From Lama glama (lineage: Eukaryota): 64,000 bases of DNA. The notes under the pieces were generated by a model. The model searched no databases. It worked only from the letters and a program-made list of their open reading frames with translations, and had not been told where the DNA came from. Where the stretch lies: positions 37,388,001 to 37,452,000 of the forward strand of contig CM052818.1 in assembly GCA_028534125.1 (NCBI GenBank), given 5' to 3'. This document shows, in pieces, positions 13,070 to 24,609 of this stretch. Position numbers and translations under genes: made by a program. The first letter of the stretch is position 1; every line of letters starts with the position of its first letter.

Positions 13070-14090
13070 CCATGACAACATCCTCCTGTCTGGTCTCCTG
13101 GATTGCAGTCTTTCAACCCACTCCTCCTCACATACCTTTGCATATGGGACATTCAGAGTGAGTTTTCTAAAAAACAAAACCAAAAAACCAGTGCTGTTTC
13201 TTTCCTGCCCCTGTGTGAACTATTGCAGAGCTTCCAGTTTAAGGTGTTATCACTTACTAGGGTATATGTACAAGAATAAGACCTAAAATATTTAATAATT
13301 TATAAGCACTCCGTGCTGGGTGGATCAGGTGAATATCACCTCTGTACTTTTTTTTTTTATCTTCTATACCAAGTTTACCTTTCCAGCCACATTTCCTGAT
13401 GATGCCTTTCCACTTCAATCTTTGTATTTCTGCCTTCCTGAAAGACTCATTTTCTCCAAATATGGCGTGGTGGCTAGAAATCCAAAATCAAGGTGTCAAC
13501 AGGGTCATATTCTTTCTGAAGGCTCCAGGGAAGGGGTCTTATTTGCCCCTACCTAGGTTCTGGTGTTTGCCAGAAATCCTGGGTGGTCCTCGATTTCCAG
13601 ATGCATCAAATCATTCCAGTATTTGCCTCCGTTCTCCCTGTGTGTCTCTGTCCAAGTTTTCCTCCTTTTAGAAGGAAATTTTTTCTCTTTTTTTAATTAC
13701 AGACAACCCTCATCCAGAATGACCTCATCTTAACTTCATCACATCTGCAAAGACCTTATTTTTAAATGAAATTATTTACAGATTTTTTCATAGATGTGAC
13801 TGGGTGGGGCATTATTGAATCCAGGATATTATCTAAATTTTATTTGCCATTTCCTGCTCAAGTGACTCTCCTCTTTGAGTAGTTTTTAATTCATTCATCA
13901 AGTATTTCTCTCTCCATTGAGTAGTATTGTGTCCCTCTCATATATCATATTTTTGTTTTCTGGGCTGCCTCCTCCAGTAATTTTGAGTCTTTGGAGAAAG
14001 GCTGATTTATTATTTACCTTTACATCTCCAGAGCTTTCTTCAGTGCCTACCTTAGAGTAAATGCTTAATAAATGTTTGATAAATGAATGT
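13070..14090 (+). mobile_element. L2 fragment interrupted by an MLT1
   Basis: tggtctcctg...agagtgagttttctaaaa; ends aaatgcttaataaatgtttgataaatgaatg. Confidence 0.65.
13465..13830 (-). mobile_element. MaLR LTR (MLT1B/C-like)
   Basis: gaaatccaaaatcaaggtgtcaacaggg and atgacctcatcttaact...catctgcaaagacc. Confidence 0.8.
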
Positions 14091-14994
14091 TTTTTTTAGG
14101 GGAACAGAGGACATATATTACTCCTCATTCCTTAAAGCCCTTAAGCACTTTCATACTTCTTCACCACCATCTCATCTCTGTTGCCCACAATTTTCTTTCA
14201 CCGTGGTGAAAAGAAATTGAAACTCTATTCTTGGTGAATTAGAAACATAAACTGTGGTATCAAGATGGACTCCCTGAGTCTGAAAAAATAAGGATAGAAA
14301 CAGAATGTAAGTCTTCAAATGTTACTGAGAATGTTAGTAATGATATTGACTTAATTCTGCTCACTAGGGGAGGACCCTGCCTAAACTCAATGTGTTGAAA
14401 AGTTCAGAGACATTAATCTTCTCATCTGTGCCCCAGAACTCCCCCTGCAAAGACAAATGAGCAAGCATTGATGAATGCTGCTTCATTAGGAGAATTTAAA
14501 AATGCAATTTGTCTTCATGAAAAGGAAGTATTTTTACATTTTCCATTTAACAATGAATCAGTGAAAAGAATTTTTCAACCATTACCCTTTGACTTAGAGT
14601 GGCCTTTATGAGCTGCATATCAGTGCAGTAATAGACTTGCTTTGGGGGAAATCTTGACAAAAAGCGACTTCCTGGCAAAGCAGTATCTATAATCTACCGG
14701 CCTCTTCAAGGCTCTTTTAGAATAATTATTTTTAGGATTTTAAATGACCTCTAAGAGACAAGGAAACTAAAAACTAAAAATAATAATAGCAAACACACAC
14801 ACAAAACCAACCTACCTTTAAAAAGAAGTTTTTAGGTTTGAACTAAAGTAAGGCTATAGCCATCCTAATTTTTACTTTTTCTGTATCCATATAGTGAGAT
14901 GTTAAACCACTTTGTTCCCGGTGATTAGCATGAAAATATGCAAAGTCCCTAGTGAGCTAAGCATAATTATACCATGATTACTCTGCTCTTACAG

Positions 14995-15101
14995 GGATGT
15001 AGGATTTAAACAAACAAACAAAGCCTTAGTATCAGAAAGTACTTTCTTATTAGCCATCAAATAAATCGAAAATAAAATTATTCAGAAATCCCTGTCAAAG
15101 G
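14995..15101 (+). other. Candidate non-coding exon
   Basis: ttactctgctcttacag|G acceptor and AGG|gtaagt donor; 107 nt; stops in all three frames. Confidence 0.35.
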
Positions 15102-15287
15102 GTAAGTCTGATTAATGAAGGTTTACTCCTTCCTTTGTACGACAGTATCCATTCAGGTTAACTATTCTTGGCATTTGAGTTTTGCTCCTGTTGTTACGTG
15201 TATTTTAGTGTTCTTGAACAGCAGCCATGAGTTTGAGGGTGGGGTACCAGGAGCATTCCCAGCGGACGTGGATCTCTCTGTAAGATA

Positions 15288-15486
15288 TCAGCAATATTTT
15301 CATTCTTTAGTGGCCATAAAAATTGCTTAGTGAACTTTTAGAAATTCTACTCCAACAAGTTCCCTGAGTTCTACCCCTGAGTTCCCTTTCAGAAGGAAAT
15401 GGAGTAGGGCCTGGAATTTTGCATCTTAAAGAAATACTCCGGGTGATGCTAATGCAGGTGGTTTAAGGACCACATTTTGAGAAATA
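15288..15486. mobile_element. MER5-like hAT-Charlie element
   Basis: gggcctggaattttgcatctt...ggtgatgctaatgcaggtggtttaaggaccacattttgagaaa. Confidence 0.75.
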
Positions 15487-17001
15487 TTAATGACCTTTTC
15501 CTTTACTTAAGATGCTTTCTGTATGTAGATCATCTGTTCTTTGTTCCAGAAGAACACATGACATTTCTGTTGTTGCATCAGTGAGTTTCCCTTATATCCT
15601 TTTCATGTTATGTATACTGAAAAATCTTTTGGAAACCACCAGCTGGCCCCACATCTCACCTCCTTTACCTAGACTCGTGTGCAACTGAATATTTCATTTC
15701 CTTTGACCTTGAGATTCCATTCTGTGCAGCCTCAACATCCTTTTTCCCTGGGTCCTTGGCCTCTACAAAATTTAGCTCCTCAACTCAAGTGCCCACCATC
15801 TGGAAAAAAATCCTGCTTACATTTCTCCACCTCATCAACTCTCCATATGGCTTTGAAACTCAGTTAAAAACACATCTCCCTCTTCTGTGCAAAGGATCTC
15901 TTGATTTTCACCTCTCTTTGAGTTATAATTTATTTTTATCTCAACGTCTGCTAACCTTGAAGACCATCTTTTAAAAAGATGGTTTAACTCTTGGTTGGTA
16001 GCAAAAATTTTAAGGTTGATTCCAAGGATGAAAATGCTAATCATACTGGAGAAAGACAAACTCTTTCCTTTGCCGATTAACTGCATCTGTGCAGACCTGT
16101 TCGTCGTCATCACTGACCAAAATCTTCACCTTTACTCTTGGTCAGTATAACATCATCCTAGAGTCACTCAGGTGTATAAACTGGCTTTATGCTAATGACA
16201 CATCATTTATCTTCCTTTTCTTCTTTTCCTGGGAGACCCTTCCGGAAAAGGATCTCCAGTCAGTGTCTTAAGAAGTGTGAAATGTGGTGTGATCAGAAAG
16301 GAAATGGAAATAAATCGCAAATTTGTATGAAAAATGAATGTCATGAAATATTGCACCAGAAAGTGATTCAAGGCCTAGGAAGCAAAAAGAAAAAAAAAAA
16401 AAGTGCAAAAAAGACATAGGAAGCAGTGATGCACGAAATGTCTGAAACCACAGAGGAAGTGCCTGACAAGACAGGTAGTAACAAGGTGAACAACATATCA
16501 AAGACTGGGAAGGAAGAGCCCTTGAGAAAAGACAAGATGGATGAAGAGAAGGAGTTACTGTGTATCTGGGAAGGTGTTTAATATACTCAGCTGGGTAACA
16601 CCCTTGAGGGATAAGATCCCAGAATTTATCTGAAAATACGCTGTCATTATGGAGTCATGATACCATCTGAGAAGTGTTGGTGGAATTACTTAGAGAGCAT
16701 TCTTCTTTCCGAGTCGTAACTTTTTTTCACCAAGATATTGATCAGGAACCCCTACAGAATTGAACTAAAGCCAACGATGTAATAATCATTTGGGGAGTGC
16801 CTATGCTCTGGACCGTAACTGTTGAAATATTTTACTGTCGATTTTCATTCTCAAAGGCTCAGGGGGAAAGAAAATGTTACCAGCATAGACCCTGGTGGTG
16901 TTGCCTCTGAACTAGGTGGGAAGAAGCTGGTGAAGCTGGAAGTGACTCTTGTTTATAGGGAGACCCAATGGTGACAGGCTGCCTAAAGCCTTTCATTTCA
17001 G

Positions 17002-17115
17002 TGAATGTGTGAGTTCTGCCTGCCTCTGTTGCTGCAGCTGCTGCTTCCAAATTTCCCAGCGCAGTGAGGCTCCTGCCTCACCACTGTCTTCCCGTATTCT
17101 CCATAATGGAGGCAG
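17002..17115 (+). other. Candidate exon ending ATG GAG GCA G|gtaagt
   Basis: Consensus donor CAG|gtaagt at 17116, ataATGG Kozak at 17106, possible acceptor tttcatttcag ending 17001, unique GC-richer sequence. Confidence 0.4.
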
Positions 17116-17872
17116 GTAAGTGCTTGGAGGGAGAGCAGCTCCTCTGCTGGGACAGATGCGCAACTCCATCACACAGTGTAGTGTTTCCCTCCCCACCACT
17201 TAGCCTGCCTGCCTGCCTCGTGTGAAGACAGTCCTTCCTATGTGGCAGCTCCTGATGGGAGTTAAATCATCTCACCTTCTTTTCAGGGAAACAATGAGGA
17301 GAGGCGGTGTGCGTCCCAGGCAGGGTCAGAGCCTTAGCAGCTAGAATGACAGAGGATGTTGAAGCCCTATTTAAGCCCCTGTAATGTCAACTGGTTCCTA
17401 CAGAACCTCCATCTATTCCCCAGTTGGCTGACTGCCTCAAAACATCCCTCGTAGAGTTCTGATTTTGAAAGCTAGAATCCTTTGACCTGTAGCCCTGGCT
17501 AATTTTTTTTTCCTATTTCATTTAAATTAAAACTGACAGGAAGAAGAATAGGCTAAAAGAGTTATTTCCTTTTGCTGCTTAATGGGATATGAAGCCTCAG
17601 CTTATGACTGAAAATAAAACTTTCCACTTGGGTAAACATAATTTTCTCCTTTTTTCCCCCCAGAAATAATCCCATTCATTTATAAGGATGTAGTAATTTA
17701 GTATAAAATAATTCCCCTTCAATATCTTCTGTTGTAATTACTTGGCTATCTCCTTACTTCCCTTCTTCCGTGAATTTTGGACTATTGAGAGACCCAGCTG
17801 GCAGTACACGCAGTGTGGGAGGCTGGAGGGGTGGGGATGGAGCTCTGCAATGCCCAGTGAAGCCGCAGACTC

Positions 17873-18808
17873 TTTTTTTTTTTTTAAATTGAAGGTTAGT
17901 AAGTTGATAATGTTGTGTCAATTTCTGGTGTACAGCATGTTTCAGTCATACATATACATACATATATTCATTTTCATGTTCTTTTTCATTATAGGTTACT
18001 ACAAGATATTGAATGTAGTTCCCTGTTCTATACGGAAGAAACTTGTTTACCTATTTTATATATAGTAGTTAGTATCTGCAAATCTTGAACACCTAATTTA
18101 TCTCTTCCCACCCCTTTTCCCTCTGGTAACCATAAGTTGTTTTTTTTTTTTCTATGTCTGTGAGTCTATTTCTGTTTTGTAAATAAGTTCATTTGTTTTT
18201 TTTGTTTTTTGGTTTTTTTTTTTTGTTTAGATTCCACATATAAGTGATATCATTTGGTATTTTTCTTTCTCTTTCTGGCTTACTTCACTTAGATGGACCT
18301 GGAGATTGTCATTCTATGTTGCTGCAAATGGTATTATTTTATTCTTTTTTATGGCTGAGTAGTATTCCATTCCGTATATAAATATACCACAACTTCTTTA
18401 TCCAGTCTCTGTCGATGGACATTTAGGTTGCTTCCATGTCTTGGCTATTGTATATAGTGCTACTATGAACATTGAGGTGCATGTATCTTCTTGAATTACA
18501 GTTCCCTCTAGATATATGCCCAGGATAGGATTGCTGGATCATATGGTAAGTCTATTTTTAGTCTTTAGAGGAATCTCCATACTGTTTTCCATGACGGCTG
18601 CATCAAACTACATTCTCACCAACAGTGTAGGAGGGTTCCCTTTTCTTCACACCATCTCCAGCATTTATCATTTGTGGACTTTTGAATGATGGCCATTCAG
18701 ACTGGTGTGAGGTGATACCTCATTATAGTTTTGATTTGCATTTCTCTGATAATTGATACCACTTTTCCTCTGATAATGGATATTTGATATTGAGCATTTT
18801 TTTTCAAA
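17873..18808 (-). mobile_element. Young lineage-specific L1 3' end with ORF2 C-terminal remnant
   Basis: Poly-T start, clear antisense L1 3' text (atggacatttaggttgcttccatgtcttggc), direct repeat cagactc at 17866-17872 and 18809-18815. Confidence 0.9.
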
Positions 18809-21800
18809 CAGACTCCTAATGCTACCCTGCTCAGACATCCCTGCATGGTTGGTATCAGACCCAAAGATGGAGTAGCCCGTAGGCATCCTTTTCAAACCAT
18901 ATTGATTTGTTCTTTTGGGGGGAGAGGCCAGGAGTGCATGTTCAGAGACATGCATGCATATCCAGGTAGATTTCTGGCTGGTCCAATGAGGAGCTAATTC
19001 ATTCAGTGCTGCTGTAAGGGAGCTTCCAATCAGGTAACTTTTTGGAAATATTTTCTCTGGCTCATTGTTTTTGTCTTTCCCCATGTGTACCAGCTTCTTC
19101 TCGAGTAATAAGGCAAGGAGGCAGAGAATTTATCCTTTAAAATTATCTGCAAGTCCCTTATGGGGTTCAATTAGTCTTGGATTTTGTCATTCTTAACACC
19201 CACTAAACCACAGTTTTTCTTTCGAGAGCTCATTTTACATGTATTAATATGCATTAAAATGTAACAAACAATTTGGGATGGGGTTGAGAACACCATATAT
19301 TTATGGGTATATCAGGATTTCATTTCTCTTTTGTGGAAGAAACTCAGAAGTTTTCCTTCAGCTTGTTTAATATTGAAACATAATGAGTCTACCTAGTGCT
19401 GTTACTGAGAAAGTAATGGTGAGCTCTGCCAAGGAAGGGGCCAGGCCCCAGGGCATTGGGAGGGAGCAGCTAACCAGACTTTAATATAGAAAAATAGATA
19501 AATAGGGTGATAATTTAATCGGAAGGCAATGTACCTATCATGCACCAGGAGAAAGCACAGCTGGAGGATTTGAAAGTGATTTGGAAGCAAAACCTCTCAT
19601 TGAATTACAGATAAAAAATTAAGTTAAGGGTTGGCAGTGGAGTGAAACCTGGTTGTGAGGTTATAGAAAAGGGACTGCCAGCTCTTCTGTTATAAACTAG
19701 AATTCCTCAGATGTACGCTTCTGGTTAAATCCAAGCCAATATTCTCCTAAGCCACAAAAATATTATAATAAGAAAATTTGTTCCTTATTTACTTGGTTGT
19801 CACATCTCTGGGGATTGGTTCTGAGGCTATCACTGAAATCAAGGGTTGTTCATAAGCCACTGTCAGATTATAGTTTAACCTGGCAAGTGTGTGATGTCTC
19901 AGAGTAACCAACTAAGGGGAAGCAACTTTCAAAATAGACATGATAGTTTACATTGAGTTCTTACTGGCATAGCTTAAGAAAGTTAGGGAAAAATAAGTGT
20001 TGATAGGATACTTTAGCCTGTTTGGAGGCTAATTTGGGATTTCGGCAGAAATCTTTGTGGTACTAACCAATTTCTTGGTCTTGCATTTTAGGTCAAATGA
20101 GGACTTACTCTGTGCTATGTTATAGGAAGATAAAACGGTGAGATGGACCGAGGTCCTTTATTTGAGGCGCTCACAGTCTAGCAGTGGGGAAAGAACCCAG
20201 TACTACTATAAATCCCAATTCAGTCAGGTCAGGATCGATGTCGTAACAGAGGCAGTGGCAGAATATTATGAGAATTTGGAAGAGTGAGATCAGTCTCTAA
20301 GAGCGTCATGTGCGTTCTCTTTGCAGGTATTAAACTACAGATTTTCTGAAAGTTGCATTGGAAGGAACTTACAGAAAAGTTTACTGTGCTATTTGTATTT
20401 GTCCCCTTTTTCTAGCATCTTCAAAGGCACTTTCTCCTCCCCTTTCTGCCACTGGAACACCCTGGTCACCTTCCATCGCTGATCGTTGGAGGGTTGTATA
20501 TATATGGCCCTTCACACCTCCTGAGATGAAGAAAAGTAGGATCTGGCTTTTGGATTCCCAATTCTCAGTGAGTCAGTGCCCAGTAATGCAGAAGCTGGCT
20601 TAGTCTTCACTCTACAAAGACTTTGGTTCTGTGTAGGAGAGCTTTGGGGATGCTGGGAAAAGATTCATCTCCTGGTCCACATTTAATCAGCAATTTGGTG
20701 GCCCTGGAAATCCATTCACAGCTGGTGCTGTACCCATAAAAGTAAAAGCAGACCCTTCAAGCTTCCCTCAGCCCCGGGACGTTGTTTCCATATTCCCGAG
20801 CCTGTTTTCATGGACTTTGTTAGTTTATATTTTCTGCGCACATACTCTACTTTTTGGTAGCTCCTTAAGGACAGGATATATGCTTAAATTATTCCTGTGT
20901 CTCTCATAATTCGTGGAGCAAATAGGGGCTTGATTATGTTTTGGAATGGATGCATAAGTGATGAATGTATAGAGCTTTATTCCTGAGTGTTTTTACACCT
21001 TTCCAGAGACTATGAACCTTCTTTAAAAATTATTCAAAAACAACTATTTTGACAATCAGGGTCACATTATTTAAATTCTGTGAGACTCAGTTTTCTCACG
21101 TGCAAAATGGAAGATTGAGACTTGGACGTGGAAATGTTCTCCAAGTTCCCAGTACTGATGTTTTTGGACTTTGCAAGTCTCCATGAACTAAACAGCTTAA
21201 GTGAGTATTGGCATATAGATTGCTTCTCCACATACTGGGGAAAGGTTGTGTGAAATGCTATTCTTCCATCTGGAGTGAGCATTTCCTTGGACATGTACAA
21301 AAACTGTCCAGAGCTATGTGGAAGTGTATACGTTCAAGAAATCACTTTTCAGATTCCTATGTCCTCTTCCTAAAATTGACCCTTGAGAAAGTCCTTTGCA
21401 CAGCCATCCTTTTTTCCTGCTTTACTGTTCACAGTTTTCCTGTTTCCGCTTTATAAAGAAAACCAATTTACTACCTATAGTGACTGTCACTGTGGTTCAT
21501 TGCCACAGGAGGTAAAAACTTCCGAGCCACAAAACAAGGGGCCAGAGGGAGATGTCTTGCTTCAAAGAGACGGTCCCAAGAAAGCAAAGCAAGAACTTGG
21601 AGCCCTGCTTTATCCAGGTGACAAACTCTTGGCAATGCTCTGTGCTTTTTCTACCTGTCAATCTGTGTTTGAATTAAAACTCAGAAGAGAGATGCTGGTG
21701 ATTAAGTCATTTATTAGCAAGTTTATTTGAACTCAAAAACATCTTTTTCTAACAAAAAATAATTATTATTTGACTGAGTGTGTGCAAAATTTGTTTTGCC

Positions 21801-21830
21801 AATTAGCTCAAGGGGGAGATTTTATATATG

Positions 21831-24148
21831 CAGGTATACCTTGGAGATATTGCTGGCTCAGTTCCAGACCACTGCAATAAATTATATATTGCAATAAAGA
21901 GAGTCCCACAAAATTTTGGGTTTCCCATTGAATATAAACATTGTGTTTACACTATACTGTAGTCTTTTAAGATAATGCAATAGTATTATCTCTGTAAAAA
22001 CAATGTACATACCTTAATTAAAAACACTTTATTTCTAAAAAGTGTTCACCATCATCTGAGCCTTCAGAAAGTCACAATCTTTTTGCTGGTGGAGGACCAT
22101 ACCCCAGTGTTGATGGCTGCTGGCTGGTCAGGGTGGTGGCTGCTGAAGTTTGGGGTGACTGTGACAATTTCTTAAAATAAAACAATGACGTTTGCCACAT
22201 CGACTGACTCACAGTTTCTCAGTAGCGTGTGATTCTGTTTGATAGCATTTTACCTACAACAGAACGTCTTTCAAATTTGGAATCAGTCCTCTCAAGCCCT
22301 ACCATTGTTTTTTCAACTGATTTTATGCAATATTCTAAATTCCTTGTTGTCATTTCAACAATCTTCACAGCATCTTTACCAGGAGTAGATTCCATCTCAA
22401 CAATCTTCGCTCATCCACAGGAAGCAACTCCTCATCTGTTAAAATTTTATCATGAAATTGCAACAATTCAGTCACATCTTCAGCCTCTACTTCTAATTCT
22501 AGTTCTCTTGCTGTTTCCACCATGTCTGCAATTACTTCCTCCAGTGAAACCTTGAACCCCTCCAAGTCATCCTTGAGGGTTGGAATCAACTTCTTCTAAA
22601 CTCCTGTTAACATTGACATTTTCACCTCTTCCTATGAATCACAAATCCTTCCCAGAAGGTTTTTGATTTACTTTGCCCACATTCAACAGAGGAACCACTG
22701 TCTCTGGCAGCTAGAGCCTTACAAAACATATTTCTTAAATAATAAGGCTTGAAAGTCAAAATTACTCCTTGATCCGTGGACTGCAAAATGGATGTTGTGT
22801 TAGCAGGTGGGAAACAGCATGAATGCCATTGTGCATCTCCATCAGAGCTCTTGGGTGACCAAGTGCATTGTCAACGAGTAGTAATATTTTGAAAGGAATC
22901 TTTTTTTCTGAGCAGTCTTAACAGTGGGCTTAAGTCCCATGTTGTAAACAGATGTGCTGTCATCCAGGCTTTGTCATTTCATTTATAGAGCATCAGCAGA
23001 GTAGATTTAGCACAATTCTTAAGGGCCCTAGGATTTTCAGAATGGTAAATGAGCATTGGCTTCAACTTAAAGGTGTCACCTGTATTAGCCCCTAATGAGA
23101 GAGTCAGCCTGTCCTTTGAAGCTTTGAAGCCAGGCATTGACTTCCCCTCTCTACCTATGAAAGTCTTAGATGCCATCTTCTTCCAGGATAAGGCTGTTCT
23201 GTCTACATGGAAAATCTGTTGTTTAGTGTAGCCATCTTTATTTATCTTAGCTAGATCTTCTGGATCACTTGCTGTAGCTTCTCTGTCAGCACTCGCTGCT
23301 TCACCTTGCATTTTTATGTTGTGGAGGCAGCTCCTTCCTTAAACCTCAGGAACCAACCTCTGCTAGCTTCAGACTTTTCTTCTGCAGGTTCCTCACCTCT
23401 CTCAGCCTTCACAGAATTGAAGAGAGTAGAGTCTTGCTCTAGCTTGGGCTTTGGCTGAAGGGAATGTTGGGGCTGGTTTGATCTTCTGTCCAGACCACGA
23501 AAACTTTCTCCATGTTAGCAGTAAGGCTGTTTGCCTTTCTTATTCATGTGCTCACTGGAGTAGCACTTTTTTATTTCCCTCAAGAACTTTTCCTTTGCAT
23601 TCACAGCTTGGCTAACTGTTGGTGCAAGAAACCTAGCTTACAGCCTGTCTCAGCTTTTGATGTACCTTTCTCCCTAAGCTTAGTCATTTCTAGCTTTTGA
23701 TTTTAAGGGAGGAACATGAGACTCTTCCTTCCACTTGAACACTTAGAGTCCTCTGTAGGGTTATTAATTGGCCTAACTTCAATACTGTTCTGTGTCAGGG
23801 AATAGGGGGGTCCCTAGGAGAGGGAGTGAGGTTGAGAGGCCTGTCAGTGGAGCAGTCAGAACACACACAGCATTTATTCATTAAGTTTGCTGTTTTCTGT
23901 GGGCACCACGTAAAAATTACAATAGTAACATCAGAGATGCCTGATCACAGGTCACCATAACAAATATAATAATAATGAAAAACTCTGAACTGTTGAGAGT
24001 TACAAAAATGTGACACAGGGACAAAAGTGAGCGAAAACTGTTCAAAGAATGGTGCTGGTAGACTGACCCAACTCAATTTTTCCACAGAAATTCAATCGGT
24101 AAAAAATACAGTATCTTCAAAGCACAATAAAGCAAAGTACACTACCTA
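21831..24148 (-). mobile_element. Tigger1 DNA transposon, near full length, decayed
   Basis: End caggtataccttggagatattgc...gttccagaccactgcaataaa; other end aaaatacagtatct..aagcacaataaagc; internal pogo-family transposase fragments. Confidence 0.95.
22365..23700 (-). pseudogene. Disrupted Tigger1 transposase (pogo/DDE family)
   Basis: ORF pieces QGEAASAD...[15 protein letters not shown]...[17 protein letters not shown] (22979-23311) and DDLEGFK...[18 protein letters not shown] (22365-22589), broken by stops and frameshifts. Confidence 0.9.
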
Positions 24149-24457
24149 GAGATTTACCTATAAATTGAGATAAATTTTAGGCTCCAAAGTTTTAACAGTA
24201 GCACATATTTAAAGCACATCCAGAACATACAGTAGACTGGAAATTATATCCTTTGCATATTCTTATGATGAGAAAATGTAGGTGTTCACTGAATGCTATG
24301 GAAGAGGGTACATGTGTTTCCCAAAACTCTGGTTGGGGCTGTAGAAATAAAAGTTTGAAAATTCCTGAATGAACATTAAATACTGTGGTTAGCGTTAGTT
24401 CTGTTTCTTGTCAGTAGAGATCAACGGATGGGGAAGTTATGATCCATATGGACTTAC

Positions 24458-24548
24458 CTGGTAGAGCAGACTTCAGATTACGCCCTCTGGGAAACAGATT
24501 ATACCAACAGCCAGGTTAACTGATGGCAACACTAGCAGATCCACGTTC
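24458..24548 (-). other. Candidate non-coding exon on the minus strand
   Basis: Minus-strand acceptor gattttcccccag|G and donor CAG|gtaagt; 91 nt; stops in all frames. Confidence 0.35.
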
Positions 24549-24609
24549 CTGGGGGAAAATCACTCAACAGGATAGATTGGCTCCATTATGCCTGTGTGAT
24601 CCCAGTCCC

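Noticed and set aside
16880..16905. Possible CTCF site (ccctggtgg)
   Set aside because: Only a partial match to the core motif.
18668..19084. 138-aa minus-strand ORF
   Set aside because: It runs from unique DNA into the L1 remnant and has no recognisable domain.
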